Shown: positions 25,505-36,442, numbered from the whole stretch's first letter. The stretch is 63,755 nucleotides of DNA, filler included, from Octopus bimaculoides (GCF_001194135.2; 5 parts of 4 records of this genome joined end to end with filler, not necessarily neighbours in it), one strand, 5' to 3'. The notes: generated by a model from the sequence alone, not told the origin. Numbers and translations are program-made.

Positions 25505-25850
25505 CCATTATGGGTGCCTTTTATATGACACCTGTGACAGTGATACATAAAAGGTACCTTTGACAGTGACGCATAAAAGGTACTCATGACAGTGACATAT
25601 AAAAGGCACCTCTGACAGTGACATAAAAGGCACATGTGACAGTGATGCGTAGAAGGCACCCATGATGGTGACATGTAAAAAGCATCTACTACACTCTAAG
25701 GAGTGGTTGGCATTAGGAATGGCATCCTGCTATAGAAACCAAGCCAAATCAGACTCGAGCTTGGTACAGTTTACCAGTTCCAGTCAAACTATACAACCCA
25801 TACCAGCATGGAAAGCAGATGCTAAATGATGATGATGATGATGATGATGA
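25505..25850 (+). mobile_element. RTE 3' UTR with expanded ~27-bp internal repeat (DNAH2 intron)
   Basis: About 6 units of TGACAGTGACATATAAAAGGCACC then standard RTE tail and (GAT)n. Confidence 0.75.
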
Positions 25851-26025
25851 TTATGTTTGAATCAAAGACAGGTTGGTCATGCCTGGAACCCCCTTTGATC
25901 AAAGGCATTCTCAAACAGGGACGAACCAATAACTTTCATGTTTTTTACCCCTTGCCCCCCTGGCTTCCACCTCATGTGAAACTGATTTATTTATTTGATG
26001 GTAATTGTAATGTTATTCATTGCAG

Positions 26026-26158
26026 GTTTGGTTGCTCAGTTATTAGGGATCGTAGTCCGTAAAGAAAGACCAGAGCTGGAAGAACAGAAGGACTCCCTTG
26101 TACAGTCCATTGCAGCGAATAAGAAGAAACTCGAAGAATGTGAAGACGAAATATTACG
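26026..26158 (+). CDS. DNAH2: DNAH2 exon 3 in window (strut/buttress)
   Basis: TTGCAG acceptor, CG|GTTAGG donor; (G)LVAQLLGIVVRKERPELEEQKDSLVQSIAANKKKLEECEDEIL(R). Confidence 0.95.
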
Positions 26159-26416
26159 GTTAGGGTTCACCACACTTTCTCCATCTTTGAGTATTTTTTT
26201 TTTAACAGAATTTCAACTGTTCATTAGTGAGTGGTGGACATACTTGATAATGATTTAATGCGTCGTTAGTTGTGGTTGATTAGCACTCCCCTCTTACCTC
26301 AGCCCCTTACCTTCTCCTCCTCCTCCTCCTCCTCTCGTTTTTGTTAATGTCGCCAGACTGTTTAATTAACAACCCCTTCTTCCTACCTCACCCTCTTAAC
26401 TTTCTCCTCCTTCTAG

Positions 26417-26561
26417 TTTGTTGAATGAAACGAAAGGTTCTCTGTTGGAAGACGAGACTTTGGTGAACACACTGCAAACCTCCAAGTCAACATCACAGGA
26501 AGTGACAGAACAGCTTGCAACATCTGAACAGACAGAAGCCAAGATTGATAGCGCCAGGGAG
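26417..26561 (+). CDS. DNAH2: DNAH2 exon 4 in window (strut coiled coil)
   Basis: TTCTAG acceptor, GAG|GTGAGA donor; LLNETKGSLLEDETLVNTLQTSKSTSQEVTEQLATSEQTEAKIDSARE. Confidence 0.95.
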
Positions 26562-27562
26562 GTGAGAATAATTTTCTATGACACCATGATGTTTTCGGAG
26601 AGAATGAGTGTGTGTGTGTGTGTGTGTTTTACATCCATTTTTCCATGCTTGCATGAGTTAGATGGATTATCTCCATCACAGTGGCTCACTACTTCACATT
26701 TTTTTTTTCACGAGGTCCACCTTTCAGGGATCTGTCTTTGGTACTTCTTCCCAGATCTTCCTTGATCTTTCTTTTCCACAGGTTCCTTCAACTTGTATTA
26801 CTTGCTACTTCACCCAACTGTAGCATCACATCTTCATACCAACACACAAAAACTCATTCCCTATACCCAGTGATTTTTTTTTTCCTCTCTCTCAGTTCAT
26901 TTGTGCTCAGTCATCCATATACACAGACATTACACATCCAGCAGAAACTATTCACCTTGTTTCTTCTCCATCTTTGCAAAGTCTCTGTACTCAGAGCCCG
27001 TATTTCACATCAAAAGCACACTTCATACACAAGCATCATACAGACCACCTGCTCTCAGAGAAAGGATCCTTCTATTACCAGCTGAGGTAATACCTTCGTG
27101 AGCTTTCATAATTCATATTTCCACTACTAATTAGGCCATCTCAGTAACAGAACATCTCCTGGCTATGATCTTAAACTCCATCTGGTTGTGGTGGCTTGAT
27201 TCAGAAGTATCAGGGTTTTATGGAATGTGGAACCACATATTACCAGCTGCTGCTCCTAGTTCTACTCTGACCTGGAATAGTAGGACCTGTTAGGGTCCCA
27301 GCTATGAACTAAATAGGATGTAACCACCTGAGCCAGGATACATTGAAATCATGGAATGCAGCAAAAATTTTGAAAAACCTTTGCAAAAAATTTAGAAACA
27401 CTTTCCAAAAACTTTTGCAAAAATTTTTGAAGAACTTTTCAAAAACATTTTGAAACATAGGCACAGGAGTGATATTGATGTTTAATTGATAAAAGATTTA
27501 TTGATGTTTAATTGATTGACATGTGTTATTGAATTGATTCTTCTTGTCTGTGATTATTCCAG

Positions 27563-27762
27563 GGTTATTCTCCATGTGCAGAACGGGCCTCAATTTTGTT
27601 TTTTGTTCTCAATGACCTTGGGCTTATCGATCCGATGTACCAATTCTCTCTTGACTCCTACATCGATCTCTTCATATTATCAATTGAAAAGAGCCATCGC
27701 AGTACCAAGTTAGAAGAACGTATCCAAAACCTCAACGATTACCATACTTTTGCCATGTACAG
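27563..27762 (+). CDS. DNAH2: DNAH2 exon 5 in window
   Basis: TTCCAG acceptor, AG|GTTTGT donor; GYSPCAERASILFFVLNDLGLIDPMYQFSLDSYIDLFILSIEKSHRSTKLEERIQNLNDYHTFAMY(R). Confidence 0.95.
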
Positions 27763-27844
27763 GTTTGTCTATATACATGTCTATACATACATTATTTCGT
27801 TTTTGTATTTGGTTTGCAAGATTCTTCGTGTGAATTTGTGTCGT

Positions 27845-28208
27845 TATCACCATTGTTATCGTCATCATTTAATGTCCATCTTCCATGCAAGCATAGTTTG
27901 ACTGGTTTGATAGGAACTGGTCAACCAGAGAGCTGTCCAGGCCCCAGTTGTCTTATTTTGGCATGGTTCCTATGGCTGGATGCCTTTCCTAATGCCAACC
28001 ACTTTACAGAATGTGCTGGGTGCTTTTTACATGCTACCGCCATGGGTGCTTTAACATGGCACCAGCACAAGTGCATTTTATGTGGCACTGACACAAGTGC
28101 ATTTTGTGTGGCACCAGCACAAGTGCATTTTATGTGGCACTAGTGCATTTTGTGTGGCACTGACACAAGTGCATTTTATGTGAGACTGACACAAGTGCAT
28201 TTTACATG
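27845..28208 (-). mobile_element. RTE 3' UTR with expanded internal repeat (DNAH2 intron)
   Basis: Reverse-complement RTE tail; repeated TGGCAC..CACAAGTGCATTTT units. Confidence 0.75.
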
Positions 28209-28707
28209 ATACTAACACATATGTTGAAACAAATTTTGTTGTCTGGGGAGGGTCATTATGCCAATGATAGTAATAACACACACACAGATTCAATTCCACT
28301 TCTTTATTATTAGTCAATTGGTTGAATATGTAACCAACTAATCAACCATTTGTTTACTGTGTCAGTTAAACAATCAATTGGTTGTTTGTTTGTCCATCAA
28401 AGTTCTGTTGCTGTTCACTACTTTTCCAGTGACCCCACGATTCCCTACTCACTCCGAGGCTTGCTTTTGTCTGTCTGACAATTCTGAGATTCAGTTGTAT
28501 GGATGTTTGTTTGTGTATTTGTTTAGAAAAGGGGGTAAGGATGAGAGCAAATGAGGGGTTTGTGTATGTATACATCTCTGTGACTGTATGTGTTTGGGAG
28601 CATCTGTGTCTGGGTATCTGCATGTGTATGTATGTGTGAGAGAGCATGAGAGAGTGTGGTTGAATCTTTACACATTTATGTACACCTGTGTGTGTGTGTG
28701 TGTGTGT

Positions 28708-29040
28708 GAAGGCACATGGCTCAGTAGTAAGTATCAGGCTTACAATCATGAGGTAATAAGTTTAATTCCTGGACCAGGTTGTGTTGTGTTCTTGAGCAAG
28801 ATACTTTATTTCACATTGCTCCAGTTCACTCAGCTGTAGAAATGAATTGCGACGTCACTGGTGCCAAGCTGTATCAGCCCCTTTACCTTACCCTTGGATA
28901 ACACTGGTGGTGTAGAGAGGGGAGGCCGGTATGCATAGGCGACTGTTGGTCTTCCATAAACAACCTTGTCCGGACCTGCACCTTGGAGGGGAACTTTCTT
29001 GGTGCAATCCCATGGTCATTCATGACTGATGAGGGTCTTC
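28708..29040 (+). mobile_element. tRNA-derived SINE family C
   Basis: GAAGGCACATGGCTCAGTAG head; TGTGTTCTTGAGCAAGATACTTTATTTCACATTGCTCCAGTTCACTCAGCTG core shared with 46061-46372 and 54300-54465. Confidence 0.75.
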
Positions 29041-29136
29041 CACACCTGACAGAGTAATCTGAATGCTAAAATGTTAATACCTGTAATTAGAGACAATAAG
29101 ACATGTACAATGACCCATGTATTTCTTCCTTATTAG

Positions 29137-29263
29137 GTATGCCTGCCGAGGGTTGTTTGGAAAGCATAAGCTTTTGTTTTCTTTCCAAACGTGTGTGAAA
29201 ATTCTTGAAGCGGCAAGCAAGATAAACATGGATGAATATAATTTCTTCTTGCGGGGAGGTGTG
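29137..29263 (+). CDS. DNAH2: DNAH2 exon 6 in window
   Basis: TATTAG acceptor, GTG|GTAAGT donor; YACRGLFGKHKLLFSFQTCVKILEAASKINMDEYNFFLRGGV. Confidence 0.95.
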
Positions 29264-30200
29264 GTAAGTTTACCTTGGAGAATGTTTTTTAAATGTTTTT
29301 TTTTTTTGTCTTAGCTTGTTTGTTTCAATCCCAGAATTTGTAATGTTTATACTTTACTAGTTGGGACCTGTGGAAATTCCACAGAACAAAAAAAAAAAAA
29401 AAAAAAAAAAAAAAATGAGAGAAGCTATTTAAGAAAGAAAGGACGATTTTTATTTTTATTTTACTAAGTTAATTCACTTCCAGTCACAATAATATATTTT
29501 ATGATTTTAAAATTTCCCTCCGCTAAACACTTTATATTTCTCTCTTTTCTCTTAACCACTTCAACAAACTTTTTAACTATGTAATTCCCCTCTTCATGTC
29601 TTTCACATTTCTGTCCTTCTCTTCACCTTCCCCCTCCTCACCCTACAGCACGTCATTAACACTTCTCTCTCCCACTTTTTCTCTCATTCTTCAACTCTTC
29701 CTTCAACTAACCACATGATACGTTTGGCCTTTGTCTATTATTATACTCCCCTCTTCTTTCTTCTCTACTCATATTTCTCCCCCTTCCTCTCTCTCGCTTT
29801 TACTCCACCTCACACTCACTTCACCTCCACCTCTCTAACTAAAGTATAACAGGTGAACAAACAAGCAGATTATTATATAGATTTTTTTTACTCTGTCAAT
29901 GTTTTCATTCATTGATCTGTGGCCACGCTGGATCACAGCTTTGAAGGGTTTTTTTTTATTAGTTGACCACATTGACTCTAGTCGTTATTTCTGATGTGGT
30001 CTGGTACTTATTAAATGGCTAAGTTTACCTAAAGGGGCGAAAAAACTACGATGCATTATGTACTGACCAATGGCCAGACTCTATGACATGTGGACATTTG
30101 CAAACAAATGCTGGCAAGTCCTGGCAAGTGGTGCCTGTTTTTGCCATCAAATTGCAACTGGGCCTGAAAGTAGCTAATGAGGATCTCCCTATATCTGCAG

Positions 30201-30387
30201 GTCATAGACAGAGAGAACCAAATGGACAACCCTTGCAGTGGGTGGCTTTCCGATGCGGCGTGGGACAATATCACTGAACTTGACAAACTGACCAACTTCC
30301 ATGGTATGATAACATCCTTTGAACAGTATCCTAGAGACTGGCATCTTTGGTACATCTCGTCTGAACCAGAACAGGCCTCTCTACCAA
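30201..30387 (+). CDS. DNAH2: DNAH2 exon 7 in window
   Basis: CTGCAG acceptor, A|GTAGGT donor; VIDRENQMDNPCSGWLSDAAWDNITELDKLTNFHGMITSFEQYPRDWHLWYISSEPEQASLP(S). Confidence 0.95.
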
Positions 30388-30680
30388 GTAGGTTGAGAAC
30401 TTTCTAAATCCTTCAAAAACTGGCGGGGGAGGTATTATTTTGCTGTTTTTCTCTGACTTTTGTATGTCCGTCCGACCCTACTGTAGGGGTAGAGAGATTT
30501 GTTTTTGCTTTGTCCTAGAGATATCATCATCATTATTTTAACCCTTTGGAGATGGAGCCTTCTTTGGAGCTTCAGTGCCAAGAAGACTGAGCCCTTTTCG
30601 CAAGCCCTACAGAGGGCATGCACTTCGTTTTCAAAAAAAATTATAAAAAATGAAATAATTACTTTACATATATAAAACAG

Positions 30681-31007
30681 CAGCTGTCTGGCTTCTGTAC
30701 CAGTAGCATGTAAATAGCACCATTTGAGCATGATCGTTACCAGCATCGCCTACTGGCACTTGTGCCAGTGGCACGTTAGAAAATCATTTGAGCGAGGTGG
30801 TTGCCACTGCCGCTGGACTGGCTCCTGTGCAGGTGGCACATAAAAAACACCATGTTGAGAGTGGTTGGCGTTAGGAAGGGTATCCAGCGGTAGAAACTCT
30901 GCCAGATCAGATTTGAGCCTGGTGTCGCCTCCTGGTCCACCAGTCCCCAGTCAAACCGTCCAACCCATGCCAGCATGGAAAGCGGACATTAAACGATGAT
31001 GATGATG
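30681..31007 (+). mobile_element. RTE 3' UTR fragment (DNAH2 intron)
   Basis: GAGTGGTTGGCGTTAGGAAGGG...CCCATGCCAGCATGGAAAGCGGACATTAAAC(GAT)n. Confidence 0.8.
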
Positions 31008-31268
31008 AAAACTATATATTCTTGTAGGAAATTGAATGAACTGATACAGTCTTCTTCATCATTCGACTCCTCGGCCATTAGATCAGCCTTTTCGTCTCAT
31101 AAGGGTTAATGTCCTCTTCTCCAAGTCTGCATAGTACACCTTATGATGAGAAACAATCCAGCCATGACCATCCCACCTTTTTTGAAACACACCAAAGACC
31201 ACATTATCCAATGTTCTCCCTTTCTTTTTTTAAAAGACAAATGGTAGGGTGAGATTACAGGAAGATTT

Positions 31269-31779
31269 GGTTTCTATTTCTAGCAGGCCAAGCAGCCATA
31301 TAGAGACTCCTATCCTCCACAACATTATCCAATGTCCTCGCTTTCTTTTTCTAAAAGACAATCAGTAGGGTGTGATTAGAGGGAGATTTGGTTTCTATTT
31401 CTAGCAGGCCAAGAAACTATATACAGACTCCTGCTCCTTGAAAAGCTATGTTGATAATCTGCTATTTCCCCAATTTTTTCTTTTTCTTTCAGTAAGATTT
31501 GCCAAGAATTCTTTCAATAAATTTCAAAATATTTTTCTGTTCATATTCCATATTTACCAATAATTCTTCCAACCATAATTTTTTTTTTGAATGATATGGT
31601 TCCTATTTCTAGCAGGCCAAGCAACCATATAGAGACTCATGCTTTTCTAAAAGCTGGGTTAATAGTCTGCTATTTTCCCAAACTTTTTTCTTTCAGTAAG
31701 ATTTGCCAAGAATTCTTTCAATAAATTTCAAAATATCTTTCTGATTATATTCCATATTTTCCAATAATTCTTCCAACAC
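31269..31779 (+). repeat. Local tandem duplication (periods 121 and 208 bp) upstream of DNAH2 exon 8
   Basis: GGTT(T/C)CTATTTCTAGCAGGCCAAG at 31269, 31390 and 31598; about 180 bp duplicated between the last two. Confidence 0.9.
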
Positions 31780-31813
31780 TTTTTTTCCAATGATTGGTGT
31801 TGCTCTCTTTTAG

Positions 31814-32019
31814 GTGACTGGGACAATGCCTGTAATGAACTCCAAAGAATGCTTATAGTCAGGTCTCTCAGACCAGACCGAGTAGCTTTCTGCTCCACTA
31901 CGTTCATTATTAACAACTTGGGCTCCAAGTTTGTTGAACCACCTGTCTTGGACATGAACCAAGTACTCAGCGAATCATCAAAACGAACTCCATTAATATT
32001 TGTACTCTCTCCAGGAGTA
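31814..32019 (+). CDS. DNAH2: DNAH2 exon 8 in window (entry to AAA6)
   Basis: TTTTAG acceptor, GTA|GTAAGT donor; DWDNACNELQRMLIVRSLRPDRVAFCSTTFIINNLGSKFVEPPVLDMNQVLSESSKRTPLIFVLSPGV. Confidence 0.95.
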
Positions 32020-32232
32020 GTAAGTCTTACTTTTTATTATCATCTTGAAGTGAAGGTGGAGTTCTTTTACCTTTTTATTTTTGCATTAATTCTCTCAGTT
32101 GTTCAATTATTTTTTGACCAATCAACGGACCAATTGAGTAAACCAATCAATAACAAACTTAAAATGACTACTGGAAAAAAGTTGTAAGTCTAATAGAAAA
32201 AAATATGTAATGACCATTATTTATGCTTTGTC

Positions 32233-32270
<38 letters not shown>

Positions 32271-32272
<2 letters not shown>

Positions 32273-32542
32273 TTGTCATCATTTAGCATCTGCTTTCCAT
32301 GCAGTTTGGATGGTTTAACAGAAGCTGGCCAGGAAGAAGACTGCACCAGACTTATGTGTCTATTTTGGCATTGATTTTATGACTAGATTCCCTTCCTAAC
32401 ACCAACCACCCCACAGAGTGGACTGAGTGCTTTTTACATGGCATCATCACAGACTAGGTCAGTTTTTGCATGGTTTTTACAGCTGGATGCCCTTCCAAAT
32501 GCCAACCACTTTACAGTGTGAACTGGAAGGCTTTTTGCATCC
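32271..32542 (-). mobile_element. RTE 3' UTR fragment(s) (DNAH2 intron)
   Basis: Reverse-complement RTE tail with two GGATGCCCTTCC-type segments. Confidence 0.7.
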
Positions 32543-32566
32543 ATGAACCATGTGTGTATGTATGTG

Positions 32567-32604
<38 letters not shown>

Positions 32605-32782
32605 TACACATCCGTTTTCTATGCTAGAATGGGTTGGACGGTTCGACAGAATCCATTGAGTCAAAGGACGATTTCCATTACCATAGCTGCACACATGAGC
32701 ACATGTATGAGTAGCCAACTGACCACCAAACAATATACCGGTCATTCATCTCTTGTTTCTATCTTTGTTTTCTCCACACTAG

Positions 32783-32908
32783 GATCCTGCAAATTATTTA
32801 ATTCAGTTGGCTGAAACAAAAGGAATGGGCTCTCGGTTCCATGCATTATCCCTCGGTCAGGGCCAGGCGCCAATTGCTACAAGAATGCTACAAGAAGGTG
32901 TTCGGGAG
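32783..32908 (+). CDS. DNAH2: DNAH2 exon 9 in window (AAA6)
   Basis: CACTAG acceptor, GAG|GTAAGG donor; DPANYLIQLAETKGMGSRFHALSLGQGQAPIATRMLQEGVRE (SLGQGQ dynein AAA6 motif). Confidence 0.95.
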
Positions 32909-33135
32909 GTAAGGAGACTTTCCTGTTCTGCTTGTTTCTTGTTAATGTTGCTGTTGTTGTTATCTGGGAATTCTTTGAGAAAATCTAGGGAAGGAGCAGT
33001 CGACTGATTGAAATGGAAGTTTATTCCCACCTCACGCTCATTCATCCCCAGTGCCCTAACTGGTACTTATTTTATCGATGCCGAAAGGATGAAAGGCAAA
33101 GTTGACCTCAGCAAAATAACAAAGTAAAATTTATA

Positions 33136-33352
33136 TGAGTGGGGGCTGAAAAATTCCTAGCTTTGGGTAAAAGAAAATACAGGAGGATCAGTTAATTATG
33201 ATTTTATTCAACATATTCCCCTCTCAGATTCACACACTTACTGCAGCGGCTCTTCAGCTTTTCTAAGCCCTGTAAAAGAACTCGGAATGTTGGGCCTTCA
33301 AGGAGACTCTTTGCAATACCCTTAAAGCCAGGAACTTTTCAGCACCTACTCA
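33136..33352 (-). mobile_element. Mariner-derived MITE, same family as 1808-2024; second copy starts at about 33405 and runs into the gap
   Basis: TA|TGAGTGGGGGCTGAAAAATTCC ... GGAACTTTTCAGCACCTACTCA. Confidence 0.8.
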
Positions 33353-33817
33353 TGTGGATATATATATATACATATATATATATAAATATATATACATACA
33401 TACACGCAAGAGGATGCTGAAAAGCTCCTGGCTTTGGGTAAAAGAAAATACAGGAGGATCAGTNNNNNNNNNNNNNNNNNNNNNNNNNNNNNNNNNNNNN
33501 NNNNNNNNNNNNNNNNNNNNNNNNNNNNNNNNNNNNNNNNNNNNNNNNNNNNNNNNNNNNNNNNNNNNNNNNNNNNNNNNNNNNNNNNNNNNNNNNNNNN
33601 NNNNNNNNNNNNNNNNNNNNNNNNNNNNNNNNNNNNNNNNNNNNNNNNNNNNNNNNNNNNNNNNNNNNNNNNNNNNNNNNNNNNNNNNNNNNNNNNNNNN
33701 NNNNNNNNNNNNNNNNNNNNNNNNNNNNNNNNNNNNNNNNNNNNNNNNNNNNNNNNNNNNNNNNNNNNNNNNNNNNNNNNNNNNNNNNNNNNNNNNNNNN
33801 NNNNNNNNNNNNCTCTT

Positions 33818-33852
<35 letters not shown>

Positions 33853-33890
33853 TTTGATACCCATTTTTTTCCTTTCTTTCTCTCACACAG

Positions 33891-34085
33891 GGCAACTGGG
33901 TTTTCCTGGCCAACTGCCACCTGTCTCTAAGTTGGATGCCCCAACTCGATAAACTGATCGAACAGTTACAAACAGATGTTGTAACCCACAGTGAATTCCG
34001 TCTTTGGTTAAGCAGCAGCCCACATCCTGAGTTCCCAATTTCCATCTTACAGGCTGGCATCAAAATGACAACTGAACCTCCAAAG
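33891..34085 (+). CDS. DNAH2: DNAH2 exon 10 in window (AAA6)
   Basis: ACACAG acceptor, AAG|GTAAAA donor; GNWVFLANCHLSLSWMPQLDKLIEQLQTDVVTHSEFRLWLSSSPHPEFPISILQAGIKMTTEPPK. Confidence 0.95.
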
Positions 34086-34117
34086 GTAAAAAAAAAAAAC
34101 AAAGCTTTACTCTTGAC

Positions 34118-34790
34118 CCATGCTTCTCAACCCGGGGTCCCTATGGCCCTTGGGGATTCGTTGAAGGTTTTGTTGTTAATATTTATCTGCAATAAACTGA
34201 TAATAGTCCTGCAATACACAAAATGTTAAAAAGAGAGTTTTATACAATAGGCGTAGGAGTGGCTGTGTGGTAAGCAGCTTGCTTACTAACTACATGGTTC
34301 CGGGTTCAGTCCCCCTGCGTGGCACCTTGGGCAAGTGTCTTGTACTATACTATAGCCTTGGGCCGACCAAAGCCTTGTGAGTGGATTTGGTAGACGGAAA
34401 CTGAAAGAAGCCCATCGTGTATATGTATATATATATGTGTGTGTGTTTGTGTGTCTGTGTTTGTCCCCCCAACATCGCTTGACAACCGATGCTGGTGTGT
34501 TTACATCTCCGTAACTTAGCGGTTCGGCAAAAGAGACCGATAGAATAAGTACTAGGCTTACAAAGAATAAGTCCTGGGGTCGATTTGCTCGACTAAAGGC
34601 GGTGCTCCAGCATGGCCGCAGCCAAAAGACTGAAACAAGTTAAAGAGAGTAATTCCTGATAATATTTAATTATAAAAAATTTGATGATTTTTTTTTTTTA
34701 ATCATCTGATGACCAGGAGGATTTATCCATGCCCTGTAAGGAACCAATGGTCAACATGGCGGCTTTGAAGAGAATAAAGCTTGAGCTTTT
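34118..34790 (+). mobile_element. hAT-like MITE split by SINE A insertion
   Basis: Left end CCATGCTTCTCAACCCGGGGTCC; AT-rich body appears to resume after 34650; right end degenerate (AAAGCTTGAG). Confidence 0.5.
34249..34650 (+). mobile_element. SINE family A, full length, young
   Basis: Near-consensus, CpGs retained. Confidence 0.92.
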
Positions 34791-34835
34791 CTCGTCAACC
34801 CCAATAGTCAAGGCTTGTCATGCCATCTGTCTATA

Positions 34836-35180
34836 GGTTCTGGGTTCAGTCCCATTGCATGGCACCTTGGGCAAGTGTCTTCTGCTATAGCCTCAAGCCA
34901 ACCAAGGTTTTGTGGGTGGATTTGGTAGACGGAAACTGAAAGAAGCCCGTCATATGTATGTATGTATTTGTGTGTTTGTGCTTGTCCCCCCCTCCCATCA
35001 TCATTTGACAACCGATGTTGGTGTGTTTATGTCCCCGTAACCTAGCAGTTCAGCAAAACAGATCGATAGAATAAGTAACTAGGCTTGCAAAGAATAAGTC
35101 CTGGGGTTGATCTGTCCGACTAAAGGCAGTGCTCCAGCTTGGCCGCAGTCAAAGGACTGAAACAAGTAGAAGAATAAAAG
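34836..35180 (+). mobile_element. SINE family A, 5'-truncated; ends about 30 bp before exon 11 acceptor
   Basis: B box through tail. Confidence 0.85.
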
Positions 35181-35211
35181 AATATAACCTGTTTTAATTT
35201 GACATTTCCAG

Positions 35212-35403
35212 GGTTTGAAGGCAAACATGAAGCGACTTTACAACCAGCTGGAAAAGAAGAAATCTGATTATTGTACGAAACAAGAAAAATACAAGAAGCT
35301 ACTCTTTGCTCTCTGTTATTTCCATTCTGTTCTGTTAGAACGGCGGAAGTTCCTGATGCTGGGATGGAACATACCATATGAATTCAATGATTCTGATTTT
35401 GAG
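35212..35403 (+). CDS. DNAH2: DNAH2 exon 11 in window (AAA6 lid)
   Basis: TTCCAG acceptor, GAG|GTAGGG donor; GLKANMKRLYNQLEKKKSDYCTKQEKYKKLLFALCYFHSVLLERRKFLMLGWNIPYEFNDSDFE. Confidence 0.95.
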
Positions 35404-36064
35404 GTAGGGTCCCATCTCTCTCTCTCTCTTCATCTATCTATCTATCTATCTATCTCTTTTTTTACCTTGATTGGATTGGTCTTCTTTGAAATTCTTGATT
35501 ATTGATCTTGAGTTCTTGATCATTGATTGATTATTGAGTCTTTGAAATTCTTGATCATTGGTCTTCAGTTCTTCTTAGAAATTCTTGATTATTTTCTATG
35601 TCAAAGGTCATAGAGAGGACACTTGTCAAGTGTCATGCTTGGATTTGACCCTTGCTGAGAGGAATTTTGACAAGTGGACTGATAAACCCTGTACAACCAG
35701 TTCCTGTTCAATAGCAGACTGTCTGCTGTTGTTATTGGGAGGGTCATCACATCAATGTCATCTCATCAGTGTGACCAACAAACCTTCAACTGATTGACCA
35801 ACAATAAAGAAGTGATGTTGAACCAGTGCATGTGTTTATTATCATTGACATAATGATCCTCCCAAGACACAACAAGATTTGTTTCAACACACAAATCCAC
35901 ATCAAGAATCTTGCAAACCAAATACAAAAGTGAAATTAAGATTCTGGGTTTCACTTCAAAATATGGCTGGCTCTGATGCTTACCAAAGTTGCCCACCACC
36001 AGCTATTTGGTATTTAGCTCTCAAAATGTTCAATTTCTTCCCTTTTTTTTTTTTGGGGATGCAG

Positions 36065-36249
36065 GTCTCAGAGAACTTGCTGAGTATTTATCTCCAAGAT
36101 TACGAGGAAACCCCATGGGACGCTCTTAAATATTTGATTGCTGGCATTAATTACGGAGGTCATGTGACAGACGATTACGACCGACGTCTTCTTTTTACAT
36201 ACATCAATGATTACTTTTGTGATCAAGCTCTTACACAGCCATTCTTCAA
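36065..36249 (+). CDS. DNAH2: DNAH2 exon 12 in window (last before assembly linker)
   Basis: ATGCAG acceptor, AA|GTAAGA donor; VSENLLSIYLQDYEETPWDALKYLIAGINYGGHVTDDYDRRLLFTYINDYFCDQALTQPFF(K). Confidence 0.95.
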
Positions 36250-36342
36250 GTAAGACACTTCTTCCGTTATTCATTCATTTCTGCCATCCTTCCTTCCTTC
36301 CTTCCTTTCGTCCTTCCCTCCATCCGTCCTTCCAGCTTTCCT

Positions 36343-36442
36343 NNNNNNNNNNNNNNNNNNNNNNNNNNNNNNNNNNNNNNNNNNNNTTAATTAATTAANN
36401 NNNNNNNNNNNNNNNNNNNNNNNNNNNNNNNNNNNNNNNNNN
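36343..36442. other. Artificial scaffold-join linker
   Basis: N44-TTAATTAATTAA-N44. Confidence 0.95.

Noticed and set aside
30056-30355. 99-aa minus ORF and other antisense ORFs over DNAH2 exons (e.g. 24378-24584, 36068-36274)
   Set aside because: Antisense shadows of real coding exons.
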